Part shown: positions 1 through 11,272 of the stretch, piece after piece
Numbering within the stretch: position 1 is the first letter of the stretch
Layout of the letters: each line of letters opens with the position of its first letter
Assembly (NCBI RefSeq): GCF_030028105.1
Contig: NC_092384.1
Location: 17,429,629 to 17,493,628, forward strand
Source: Mobula birostris
Lineage: Eukaryota
Length of the DNA: 64,000 nucleotides
Direction: 5' to 3'
The notes under the pieces: generated by a model
The model's input: only the letters and a program-made list of their open reading frames with translations
Told to the model about the DNA's origin: nothing
Database searches by the model: none
Made by a program: the position numbers and the translations under genes

Positions 1-894
1 CAAAATGAAATACAGTCAGTTTGGGAGACGGATGAAAGAGTTCAGAGAATACACCTCGACGGCGAAGCTTAGAGGTCCGAAGTCAGGAGGACGTTCTCTT
101 TTGAATGGTATTTGAGCTTTAATGCACAGTTGGGTTTGCGCCGGGCGTTAGCTTTGAAAACCTGGGTACGTATGGATTTTTTTTTTCATTTCGTATCAAG
201 ACTGAGCTACAAAACCCAAAATATCACATATTTCTATAGTACGAATGCACATGGAGATAAATATTCTGGCAGCTCAACTGCTCAGGGAGTGTTGCAGATC
301 TTGCAGTTGAGCTCCATAGTCATAAACATCCAGTAATAGAGCTTTCCCCAGAATGTGAACCATTCCTCCAACAGTTCCCCGTGTTGAACGTGGCAAATCA
401 TTGCCTCGTGAAACAACCAGGAAGGCAAATGCAAATCGATATTAAGCGCATTGATTCTATAGATTTATCTTTCTAAAGCGTGAAGACCTGCAGAAAAATG
501 GTTGACAGTGAATTGGCACTGCTACAGGATTGCTTGTGGAAATAATACCTTGCATAGGGTCAAAAAGGAACTGAATAACTTCAATTTAACCATACTCAGA
601 GCTTACTAAAACTTGAGCCCAATTGTAAGGTTCTGTAAAACATGGACTTCTTCCGCTACAGCTTTAGTCGGTGTCTAACAGGGGAGATTTAGTAGTTCCT
701 CCTATACTTCTTCCTATAGATGCTGCCTGGCCTCTTGTGTTCCACCGGGATTTTGTTTGTTCTGCTTGAATTTCCAGCATCTGCAGATTTTCTCGTGCCT
801 GACATTTTACTAGTTCGATTGCTTTCTCTGTTTATCACAGCAGTTAGGATTTCGCTCTGTCTGCAGTAGCCACCCGGAGCTCACTGTTGCCCGA

Positions 895-2130
895 CTCCCC
901 GTAGATCTTCATGCCCTAACTAATCAAGAACCTATCAACTTCTGCTTTAAATATCCATAAAGACTTCGTTTCCATAGCTGCCTGCGGCAAAAAATTCCAT
1001 AGGTTTACCATTCTCTTTTTAAGGCCTTCCTCCTCATCTCCTCTATTCTGAAGCTGCAACCTCTGGTCTTAGACTTTCCTACCATAGGAACATCCTCTCC
1101 ACATCCACATTATCAAGTACTTTCACCTTTAAATAGGGTTCAATACAGTCGGCTCTTATTTTCTGAATTCCAGTGAAAACAGGCCAGAGCCATAAAAGAC
1201 TCTTCATTGGATTAGCTAATGAATTCTGGAATCATTGTGAAGAACCTCCTTTGAGCCCTCTCCAGTTTCGGCACATGCCTTCCAAGATAAGGGGCTTAAA
1301 ACTGCTCACAATACGCCGTGACACCTCACCAGTGCTTTATAAAGTCTTGATATTACATCATTGCTCTTATATTCCAGTCCTCTTGAAATTAATGCTATCA
1401 TTGCATTTGCTTTCCTGCCCACAGACTCAATCTGCAAATTAACCTGTATGGAATACTGCACACGGACTCCCAAGTCCCTTTGCACCTCAATGTTTTAGAT
1501 TTTCGTTCCAGTTAGAAAATAGTCAAACCTTTCATACCGTCCACCAAAGTGCATGACCACATACTTCTCGACACTGTATTCCATCCGCCATTTCATTGCC
1601 TATTCTCCTAGTCTGCATAAGTCCTTCTGTTGCCTCTCTATTTCCTAAAACCCACCTGCCTGTCCACCTATCTTCATATTGACTGCAGACTTTGCAACAA
1701 AGCCATCAATTCCATCATCCATATCACTGACACACAACCTTAAATGAATCAGTCACAACACAGATCCCTGTGGAACACCGTTCGTCACGGACAGCCAACC
1801 AGAAAATGCTTCCTTTATTCCCATTCTTTGTCCCTTACCAACCAGCCACTACTTTCTCCACCCTTGAATCTTTCCTGTGATACTTTGACCTTGTAGCTTG
1901 TTAAACAGCCTTTTGTGTGGTACGTTGTCAGAGGCCTTCTGAAAATCCAAGTACGCAACAATCGATTCTCCCTACCGTATCTGACCTGTTTTTCATTCCT
2001 TCAAATAATTCAATCAGATTTTTCTGGCGAGAGTTTCCCTTGAGGAAATCATGCTGATATGGCATGCTGTATTATACGTCTCAAAGTAACCTAAGACCTT
2101 ATCCTTAATAATGTACTCCAACATCTTGTC
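895..2130 (-). mobile_element. Degenerate CR1-clade LINE ORF2 (RT) fragment
   Basis: The reverse strand carries CR1 RT and 3'-end motifs (reverse of FADDTK, GGSVD, VLLQLY regions) with stops and frameshifts; boundaries approximate. Confidence 0.8.
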
Positions 2131-2152
2131 AACTGTACTCCAACATCTTGTC

Positions 2153-2700
2153 GCCTCAAATCTCCTACTTCCAGCCTCGCCTCGCCTCAACTCTACTGCC
2201 TCCAGCCTCCAGCATCGCCTCGCCTCAAGTCTCAAGTCTCCAGCCTCCTACCAAGCCTCGTCTCAAGTCTCCTGCCTCCAGCCCTCAGCCTCGCCCTGCC
2301 TCAAGTCTCCTGCCTCCAGCCTCCTGCCAAGTCTCACCTCAAGTCTCCAGCCTCCTGCCTCCTGCTAAGCCTCGCGTCAAGTCTCTTGCCTCTAGCCTCC
2401 AGCCTCGCCCTGCCTCAAGTCTCCTGCCTCCAGCCTCCTGCCAAGCCTCGCCTCAAGTCAAGTCTCTTGCCTCCAGCCTCCAGCCTTGCCTCGCCTCAAG
2501 TCTCAAGTCTCCAGCCTCCTGCCAAGCCTCGCCTCGTCTCTTGCCTAGCATCGAGCCTGAAGACTCCAGTCTCTAAGCTCTAGCTTCTTGCCAAGCCGAG
2601 ACAAGTCTCTAGCCTCTAGCTTCAAGCCTGAAGACTCCAGCCTCCTGCCTCCTGCCAAGCCTTGTCTCTAATCACTAGCCTCAAGTCTGCAGACTCCAGT
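2153..2700. repeat. Low-complexity tandem microrepeats inside the LTR (CCAGCCTC / GCCTCAAGTCT / GCCTCTA units)
   Basis: Directly visible reiterated 7-20 bp units; the same array recurs at about 3675-4075 and 45820-46260. Confidence 0.9.
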
Positions 2701-4306
2701 TGCATCCTGCCTGCCTGCCAAGCCTCGTACTTGCCTAGTTCTCGGGTCCGAGCCAGAGGCAAGACCCAGGTACTGGGTCCTTGTCCAGTCCCTGCCTCGG
2801 AGTCCAATTCGGGCTCCTAGCTCTCTTATTCAGTCCTGTTCCAGGTTCCTGGTTTTCCTGTCCATATTCTTGCCATCGCCCTGTATCCTAGTCCTGTTCC
2901 TGGTACTTCAGTGTCTGTGTCTTCAACTTGGGTCCATTCCCAGCCACCACCTGATGACAGAACGATCCAGCCAATCATGGACCCAGCGACACAGACACTG
3001 TCGTTTTCCTCTGGGCTCCCGGGGTTCCTTTCTGTTAATTACCCTCCCACCTGCCCGGGTCGTCCATAGTCTGGATACTCTGTTTGGTCAGCAGGATACT
3101 CCCGTAGAGAGGGGAGTACTGTCATGGTCTGGTCCGTGAAGTCCGTATTCCGGTTCACGGTCCGGTCTATCGACCCTTGCTCCAGGTTTTCCTGTTTACA
3201 CTGTGCCTGTTCTGGTTGAGCTCTAATTGACGCAGCTGATGCTGGTTGGGGCTGGCTGCATGAATACCTCCAGAGACCAGGGTGTGGCTGCTGGATTACT
3301 GCTGTCCTTACTCATTGTATCCCTTGCTCTGCCTTCTGTTTCCTGCCTTGTCTTGCCGGTAACTCTCGCCTCGCCTGAAGTTCTCGTCTCGCCTTGCTTT
3401 GCCAGAAGCCTTGCCTTGTCTTGCCGGTAACTCTCACCTCGTCTCGCCGGCAGTCTTGTCCTGGAGCCACCCTGTACCTAGCTCCCTTCCTGTCCCTTCC
3501 CTCCGCCCAGGTAAGCTAGGCCGCCTTGCCGTTACCTGGGGTTATTTCTGTCCCTTCATGTCCCTTGCGTCCGCCCAGGTAAGCGAGGCCGTCCTGCCGT
3601 TACCTGGGGTTGGTTCTGTCCCTTCCTGTCCCTTGCCTCTGTCGGGTGGTGATCCGCGCCCTGCCCAGGAGGAGCCAAGCCTCGCCTCAAGTCTCCAGCC
3701 ACCTGCCTCCTGCCAAGCCTCGCCTCAATTCTCCTGCCTCCAGTCTCCAGCCTCGCCTCGTCTCAAGTCACCTGCCTCCAGCCTCGCCTCGCCTCAAGTC
3801 CCAAGTCTCCAGCCTCCTGCCATGCCTCGCCTCGTCACTTGCCTAGCCTCGAGCCTGAAGACTCCAGCCTCTAGCCTCTAGCCTCTTGCCAAGCCAAGCC
3901 AAGTCACTAGCCTCTAGCTTCAAGCTTGAAGACTCCAGCCTCGAGCCTCTAGCCTCTTGCCAAGCCAAGCAAAGTCTCTAGCCTACAGTCTCCTGCCAAA
4001 CCAAGCCAAGTCTGTAGCCACTAGATTCAAGACTGAAGACTCCAGCCTCGTCCTGCCTGCCTGCCAAGCCTCGTCCTTGCCTAGTTCTGGGGTCAGAGCC
4101 AGAGGCAAGACCCAGGTACTGGGTCCTCGTCCAGTCTCTGTCTAGGAGTCCAAGCCCAGGCTCTTAACTCTTTTCTTCAGTCCTGTTCCAGGTTTCTGGT
4201 TTTCCTGTCCATGTCCTTGCCAACGCCCTGTATCCTCGTCCTGTCCCTGGTACTTCAGTGTCTGTGTCTTGCACTGGGGTCCATTCCCAGCCACCACCTT
4301 ATGACA
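2153..4306 (+). mobile_element. Non-autonomous TRIM-like LTR element: truncated LTR (2153-2959), 160-bp internal region, full LTR (3120-4306)
   Basis: Both LTR copies end CATTCCCAGCCACCACCT(G/T)ATGACA. The internal part starts GAACGATCCAGCCAATCATGGACCCAGCG (MDPA, typical Ty3/gypsy gag start) and ends with the purine tract AGAGAGGGGAGTAC immediately before TGTCA at 3120. Confidence 0.75.
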
Positions 4307-6862
4307 CATACATGGTAAATGATAGGGCATCGAAGAATGCTGTAGAACAGAGTGATCTAGGAATAATATGCATAGTTCGCTGAATGTGGAATTTCATGGG
4401 GAATCTCGAGAAAAGAATTGGTTGAGACAAATGTAGGTCCCCTACAGACAGAAATAGGTGAATTGATTATGGGGAGCAAGGACATGGCAGACCAATTGAA
4501 CAACTACTTTGGCTCTGTCTTCACTAAGGAGGACATAAATAATCTTCCAGAAATAGTAGGGGACAGAGGGTCCAGTGAGATGGAGGAACTGAGAGAAATA
4601 CACGTTAGTCGGGAAGTGGTGTTAGGTAAATTGAAGGGATTAAAGGCAGTTAAATCCCCAGGGCCAGATAGTCTGCATCCCAGAGTGCTTAAGGAAGTAG
4701 CCCAAGAAATTGTGGATGCATTAGTGATAATTTTTCAAAACTCTTTAGATTCTGGACTAGTTCCTGAGGATTGGAGGGTAGCTAATGTAAACCCCGTTTG
4801 AAAAAAGGAGAGAGAGAGAAACCGGGGAAATATAGACCGGTTAGCCTAACATCGATCGTGGGGGAAATGCTAGAGTCAGTTATCAAAGTTTTGATAACAA
4901 CATATTTGGAAAGCGGTGAAATCATCGGACAAAGTCAGTATGGATTAATGAAAGGAAAATCATGTCTGACGAATTTCATAGAAGGCTTTGAGGATGTAAC
5001 TAGCAGAGTGGATAGGAGAGAACCAATGGATGTGGTATATTTGGATTTTCAAAAGGCTTTTGACAAGGTCCCACACAGGAGATTAATGTGCAAACTTTAA
5101 ACTCACGGTATTGGGGGTAAGGTATTGATGTGGATAGAGAATTGGTTGGCAGACAGGAAGCAAAGAGTGTTCTGAAACGGGACCGTTTCAGAATGGCAGG
5201 CAGTGACTAGTGGGGTACCGCAAGGCACAGTGCTGGGATCCCAGCTGTTTACTATATATATTAATGACTTAGATGAGGGAATTAAATGCAGCATCTCCAC
5301 GTTTGCGTATGACGCGAAGCTGGGCGGCAGTGTTAGCTGTGAGGAGGATGCTAACAGGATGCAGGGTGACTTGGATAGGTTAGGTGAGTGGGCAAATTCA
5401 TGCCAGATGCAATTTAATGCGGATAAATGTGAGGGTATCCACTTCGGTGGCAAAAATAGGAAAACAGATTATTATCTGAATGGTGGCCGATTAGGTAAAG
5501 GCGAGTTGCAACGAGACCTGGGTGTCATTATACACCAGTCGTTGAAAGTGGGCATGCAGGTACAGCAGGCGGTGAAAAAGGTGAATGGTATGCTGCCATT
5601 CATAGCAAGAGAATTCGAGAACAGCAGCAAGGAGGTACTACTGCAGTTGTACAAGACCATGGTGAGACCACACCTGCAGTATTGTGTGCAGTTTTGGTCC
5701 CCTATCTGAGGAAAGACATCCTTGCCATAGAGGGAGTACAAAGATGGTTCACCAGATTGATTCCTGGGATGGCAGGACTTTCATATGATGCAAGACTGGA
5801 TCGACTAGGCTTATACTCGTTGGAATTTAGAAGATTGAGGGGGGGGGGATCTGATTGAAACGTATAAAATCCTAAAGGGATTGGACAGGCTAGATGCAGG
5901 AAGATTGTTCCCGATGTTGGGGAAGTCCAGAACGAGGGGTCACAGTTTGAGGATAAAGGGGAAGCCTTTTAGGACGGAGATTAGGGAAAACTTCTTCACA
6001 CAGAGAGTGGTGATTCTGTGGAATTCTTTGCCACAGGAAACAGTTGAGGCCAGTTCATTGGCTGGATTTAAGAGGGAGTTAGATGTGGCCCTTGTGGCTA
6101 AAGGGATCGGGGGTATGGAGGGAAGGCTGGTACAGGGTTCTGAGTTGGATGATCAGCCATGATCATACTGAATGGCGGTGCAGTCTCGGAAGGCCGAATG
6201 GCGTACTCCTGCACCTATTTTCTATGTTTCTATGATATAGCGGTGAAGAAAGCTTTTGGCATGCTGGCCTGTATTAATCGGAGCATTGAGGATAGGAGTT
6301 GGGATATAATGTTGAAATTGTATAAGGCATTGGTAAGGCCAAATTTGGAGTACTGTGTACAGTTCTGGTCACCGAATTATAGGAAAGATGTCAGAGACAG
6401 GACAGAGGAGGTTTACTAAGACGTTGCTTGCGTTTCATCTCATAAGTTACAGAGAAAGGTTGAACAAGTTAGGTCTTTATTTTTTGGAGCGTAGACGGTT
6501 AAGGGGGAACTTGATAGAGGTGTTTAAAATTATGAGGGGGATTGATAGAATTGACGTAGATAGGCTTCTTCCACTGAGAATGGGGCAGATTCAAACAAGA
6601 GGACATGAGTTGAGAGTTAAAGGACAAAAGTTTAGTGGTAACATGAGTGGCAACTTCTTTACTCAGAGAGTGTTAGCTGTGCGGAGCGAGCTTCCAGCAG
6701 AAGTGGTTGAGGCAGGTTTCACTGTTGTCGCTTAAAGTTTAATTGGATAGATAAATGGACAGGACAGGAATGAAGGATTACGGGCTGAGTGAAGGTCGGC
6801 GGGACTAGATGGGAGTAAGAGTTCGGCACGGACAAGAAGGGCCAAGATGGCCTGTTTCTGTG
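4307..6862 (+). mobile_element. Older CR1 3' fragment (4307-4387 and 6233-6862) interrupted by a second CR1 insertion
   Basis: The two pieces align consecutively with the CR1 copy at about 7985-8745; 3' tail ...GTGCTGTAATTGTTATATGGTTAT. Confidence 0.7.
4388..6232 (+). mobile_element. 5'-truncated CR1 LINE, ORF2 RT pseudogene with intact 3' UTR
   Basis: ORFs 4418-5709 contain KSPGPD, YRPVSLTS, DFQKAFDKVPH, SGVPQG and YCVQFWSP. The element ends GCCGAATGG..ACTCCTGCACCTATTTTCTATGTTTCTATG. Confidence 0.93.
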
Positions 6863-6865
6863 CTG

Positions 6866-8745
6866 TAATTGTTATATGGTTATAAGATACGAGGCTGTTT
6901 TGGAAAGTAAGGTGAAAATAAATCCAAAGGGTTTCTACAGTTACATTAATAGCAAAAGGATAGTGAGGGATAAAATTGGTCCCTTGGAGAATCAGAGTAG
7001 ACAGCTACGTGCAGAACAAAAAGAGATGGGGGAGATTTTGAACAAATTCTTTTCTTCGGTATTCACTCAGGAGAAGTATATTGAATTGTGTAAGGTAAGG
7101 GAAACAGGTAGGGAAGTTATGGAAACTATTTTGATTAAAGAACAGTAAGTGTTGGAGCGTTGAATGAATATAAATGTGGACAATTCTCCGAATCCTGACA
7201 GGATAATCCCTAGGACCTTGAGGGAAGTTAGTGCAGAAATAACAGGGGCTGACGGAAATATTTCAACTGTCATTAGTCACGGGGTTAACGCCGTAGGGAT
7301 GGCGTAGTGCTCATGTTGTTCCATTGTTTGGAGAGGGTTCTCAGAGTAATTACCGGCCTGTAAGTGTGACGTCAATGTTGGGCAAATTGATGGAAAGTAT
7401 TCTTAGAGATGATATATACAATTATCTGGATAGACAGGGTCTGATTAGGAATAGTCTACATGGATTTGTGTGGAAGGTCCTGTTTGAAGAATCAGATTGA
7501 ATTTTTTGAAGACGTTATTAGGAAAGTTTACGAGGGCAAAGCAGTGGATGTTGTCTATATGGACTTCAGTAAGGCCTTAGACAAGGTTCCACACGGATGG
7601 TTAGTTAGGAAGGTTCAATCGTTAGATATTAATATTGAAATAGTAAAATGGATTCAACAGTGGCTGGATGGGAGACGCCAGAGAATAGTGGTGGATAATT
7701 GTTTGTCAGGTTGGAGTCCAGTGACTAATGGTGTGCCTCAGGGATCTGTATTTGGTCCAATGTTGTTTGCCATATACATTAATGATCTGGATGATGGGGT
7801 GGTAAATTGCATCAGTAAGTATGCAGATGATACTAAGATAGGTGGCCTTGTGGATAATGAAGTAGGCTTTCAAAGTTTGTAGAGAGATTTAGGCCAGTTA
7901 GAAGAGTGGGCTGAAAGATGTCAAATGCAGATTAATGCTGGTAAGTGTGAGGTGCTACAGTTTTGTAGGACTAATCAAAATATGAGATACATGGTAAATG
8001 GGAGGGTATTGAAGAAAGCAGTAGAACAGAGGGATCAAGGAATAATGGTGCATAGTTCCCTGAAGGTAGAATCTCATGTGGCTAGGTTGGTGAAGAGTGC
8101 TTTTGGTATGCTGGCCTTTATAAATCAGAGCATTGAGTGTAGAAGTTGGGATGTAATGTTAATATTGTACAAGGAATTGGTAAGGCCAAATTTGGAGTAT
8201 TGTGTACAGTTCTGGTCATCGAATTACAGGAAAGATGTCAGCAAAATGGAGAGGCTACCAGAGAAAATTTACTAGAATGTTACCTGGGTTTCAGCACCTA
8301 AGTTACAGAGAAAGGTTGAACACGTTGGGTCGTTATTCTCTGGAGCGTAGACGGTTGAGGGGGGACTTGATAGAGGTATTTAAAATTATGAGGGGGATCG
8401 ATAGAGTTGACGTGGATAGGCTTTTTCCATTGAGAGTAGGGGAGAGTCAAACAAGAGGACATTAGTTGAGAATTGCGGGCAAAAGTTTAGGGCTAGCACG
8501 AGGGGGAACCTCTTTACTCTGAGAGTAGTAGCTGTGTGGAACGAGCTTCCAGTAGAAGTAGTAGAGACAGGCTCGATATTGTCATTTGAAGTAAAATAGA
8601 CAGCTATATGAACAGGAAAGGAATGGAGGGTTATGGGCCGCGTGCAGGTCGGTGGGACTAGGTGAGAGAAAGCATTCGGCACGGACTAGAAGGGCCCAGT
8701 TGGCCTCCTTCCGTGCTGTAACTGTTATATGGTTATATGCTTATA
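6866..8745 (+). mobile_element. 5'-truncated CR1 LINE ORF2 RT pseudogene (second subfamily)
   Basis: ORFs 6876-8465 contain DFSKALDKVPH, GVPQGS, YADDTK and YCVQFWS; tail GTTATATGGTTATATG. Confidence 0.93.
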
Positions 8746-8769
8746 TAGATTAGATTATTTTTCCCATGA

Positions 8770-9000
8770 TTCGTAAGAGAATGAGCGAACATTTGACAGA
8801 GGTATACAAAATTATGAGGGTGGCAAATATGCTGCATGAAAGCCTGCTTCATCCACTGAGGTTTGGTAAGAATGCAATTGGAAATCAGAGTTTAAGAGTG
8901 ACTGAGAAGCATTAAAGACAAACCTGAGGAGAAACGTCTGTATTCAGGCGGTAATGCTACTGTGGAATTAGCTGCCAGCGGAGGTGTTGAGAGTGGGTTT
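8770..9000 (+). mobile_element. Ancient CR1 3' remnant
   Basis: Weak similarity to the CR1 end (GAGGTATACAAAATTATGAGGG ... CTGTGGAATT). Confidence 0.5.
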
Positions 9001-9779
9001 GCGCCCGTCTGTCTACCGTTTACTATCTAACTCCATCAAAATTCACCTTCATCTCGAGAGGTGTATATTTCTCCCCATTTTGTATGGAGAAAGAAATGTG
9101 GATTTTGCTAATCCTGCATGAAAAAAGTTGGAATGACAATTTTCAGTGCCTGCGACAATTTGTTGCTTGATGTTGGAATTAAGTTTTTTGGAGCTGGGTA
9201 TTATTCCTTTCTACTGGTTGATACGGAAATGGAGCATTGTGCTGCGGCATACAGACTCTTTGATAGAGATGTATATGTTTTCATATTTTTGGCGTCTGTG
9301 ATGACGAATCGAGTTATCCAACTCCAGCCATTCACATTATTATCCGTATTATTTCAACTTCTTGCATGCAAAACAATCCTAACATTACTTGGCAAGTAAT
9401 TCGTTGTATTCAAAGTACCTTCGCGCGATAATAAGGGTAAAATCCAAAGGTATCATAAACCTTGGACATTAGGTTTAACTGGGAGATAGCTCATGAACAG
9501 GGTTGGACGAACAGCAGCGGGAAAGAGTCCGGGGAAGTGCGATACGATAAACAGAAGTAACTCTATTATGCGCCTAATAGATTCTACATGAAAAGTAATT
9601 AATTCTTCTGTTCATTAAAATTCTGAATTTAGAATATCAGGACTGGGGTGTATTTAAACGCGGAAAACAAATGTATTGTCGCCTCTTGCTTTATCAAGTA
9701 GAAACATTTCGTTTTATCCTCATCACTAAGTTTTATGTAAAATGCTCAGGGCTGAAAATCTCCAAACAGTCACACTCAC

Positions 9780-10085
9780 CGAACACAGTGATCTTGGTGC
9801 CACTTCCATTCCCGAAAGAGTGCCCCTGGTAGTTTGCTTCACAGTAATACAGTCCGGAGTCGGCGACTTTGGCATTCCACAGTGCAAGTTCTTCCCTTCC
9901 CCTTCCTAGCATAAAATGTCTTCTGCTGTCGCTTTTTAAAAATGCCTTCTCGCCTTCCCTCCACCAACGAACGTCAACAGTATCTTGAGATAGTGGAAAT
10001 TTGCATAACATAGTAACATTCGTACCAGCCGGGACGTTCAGCTCCCTAGGTAATTGAGATACTTCGCTCACAGTTACTTTGACGG
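9780..10085 (-). CDS. Internal exon encoding a VJ-type immunoglobulin V domain (NKp30/NCR3-like family)
   Basis: 306-nt phase 1-1 exon with acceptor cttattttctggcag and donor G|gtgagt. It encodes VKVTVSEVSQLPRELNVPAGTNVTMLCKFPLSQDTVDVRWWREGEKAFLKSDSRRHFMLGRGREELALWNAKVADSGLYYCEANYQGHSFGNGSGTKITVF, with B-strand Cys, C-strand Trp, DSGLYYC and J-like GxGT. Family assignment is from recalled motif similarity, not a search. Confidence 0.92.
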
Positions 10086-11231
10086 CTGCCAGAAAATAAG
10101 CAAGAGTATTAATAACAATCAGATACAGTGAATTTTTAAAAAAACGTAAGACGTAAGTCACTGGACATCTAAGAACCAAAGGCAACCGAATAGCTGAAAC
10201 ACTGCAACCAAATATGTTGCTGGCACCTAGTGTTTAATGTTCTAAAATATAATGTTCAGTTCGGAAACGGCATATATAAATCAGCATACTCAGCCAAGTA
10301 GTAGCTAGAAGTGCCATGTACCAAACCGTAAATTTTCCCGACATCTTACAAAAACCGAATCAACCAATTCCTGCAAGGCAAGTGGTAATTTAAAGAGTTT
10401 TCTGGAGGAAAAGGTCTTCGTGAGGAAATTGTTTGATCATGTTAACATGACGTAGGATGACGCCTCCGCAAGTCAGAATAATGTGGTTTAGATTTAAACT
10501 CTGCCTGGGTTGGGAGGAAATTAAGAACTCTTGCCATTCTATGTCTTTTTATATGGCCTACCCAGTGCTTTCGTGATTATGCTGGAAATTTTGCCCTCTC
10601 GCTGAATTCAGGAATTATCCAAATCTTTATTGAGATATATATTCAAATCCGTACTCTGCGCATTTTGATGGTAAGGATGGAAAATCCGCTTAGGAGTTGG
10701 AAAAATGTCCAATAATATATACGGACAAAAAAAATAACAACGTTTATTCACTCCAATTTATATTTACAGCTTTGCTCCATTTCAATCATCTACCTTTGGT
10801 CAAATAGTACCCTGCTCGTTTCTCTACAAAAGCAATTGCGCCATACGTCCAAAAGGCTTTAAGCCGCGACGCGTAGGGACGGTGTTACATAAATGAAAAT
10901 TTGTTTCTCTTGATAATTTATTTTAGGGTTTGGTTATAACGGTTCGACTAATGAACTACTGCTTAACGTTTGAATAGCAAAACAAAAAGGAAATTATGAA
11001 CGAAACTGGTTAGAACGACAAGTATGTTCCCTCGGACGTCGTCACGGATCCGGCACAATGTATGATGTTGGATTCTGAGTATTGATGCCTATTACTTCAG
11101 CAATTTTCATGTAATTTTAATGCTTAAGTTTCATGAAACAAAAACATATAATGTGAAAACTTCACAAATTTATTTCAGTGACAGATTTCAGGCTGTGGTT
11201 TTTTTTTCAAAGTATGCCCCAGGTTCCTCAC

Positions 11232-11272
11232 TCGCTGCTGTGACCACAGCGAAAAGCAGCAGCAAATACTGT
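11232..11272 (-). CDS. Signal-peptide exon of the V-domain gene
   Basis: Acceptor aatctatttctatcgcag and donor A|gtgagg. The 41-nt phase 2-1 exon reads QYLLLLFAVVTAA and joins the V exon in frame. Confidence 0.7.

Noticed and set aside
348-395. Minus-strand peptide CHVQHGELLEEWFTFW resembling the end of an MHC/C1 domain, below a good acceptor at about 487
   Set aside because: An in-frame stop lies 7 codons after the acceptor, the first Cys and Trp of a C1 domain are absent, the segment is too short and no donor follows.
2111-3881. Ser/Pro/Ala/Leu-rich ORFs (also 45262-45990) and CRISPR-like periodicity
   Set aside because: These come from stop-poor microrepeats inside LTRs; there are no unique spacers and no cas genes.
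10290-10317. Alternative one-exon leader MALLATTWL with phase-1 donor gtatgc
   Set aside because: Phase-compatible, but short with a weaker donor; the 11232-11272 exon is a better signal peptide. Not formally excluded.
9784-10356. RSS heptamer CACAGTG (9784-9790) and perfect nonamer ACAAAAACC (10348-10356) near the V exon
   Set aside because: Neither has a partner at 12- or 23-bp spacing; the heptamer is simply the coding sequence for I-T-V.
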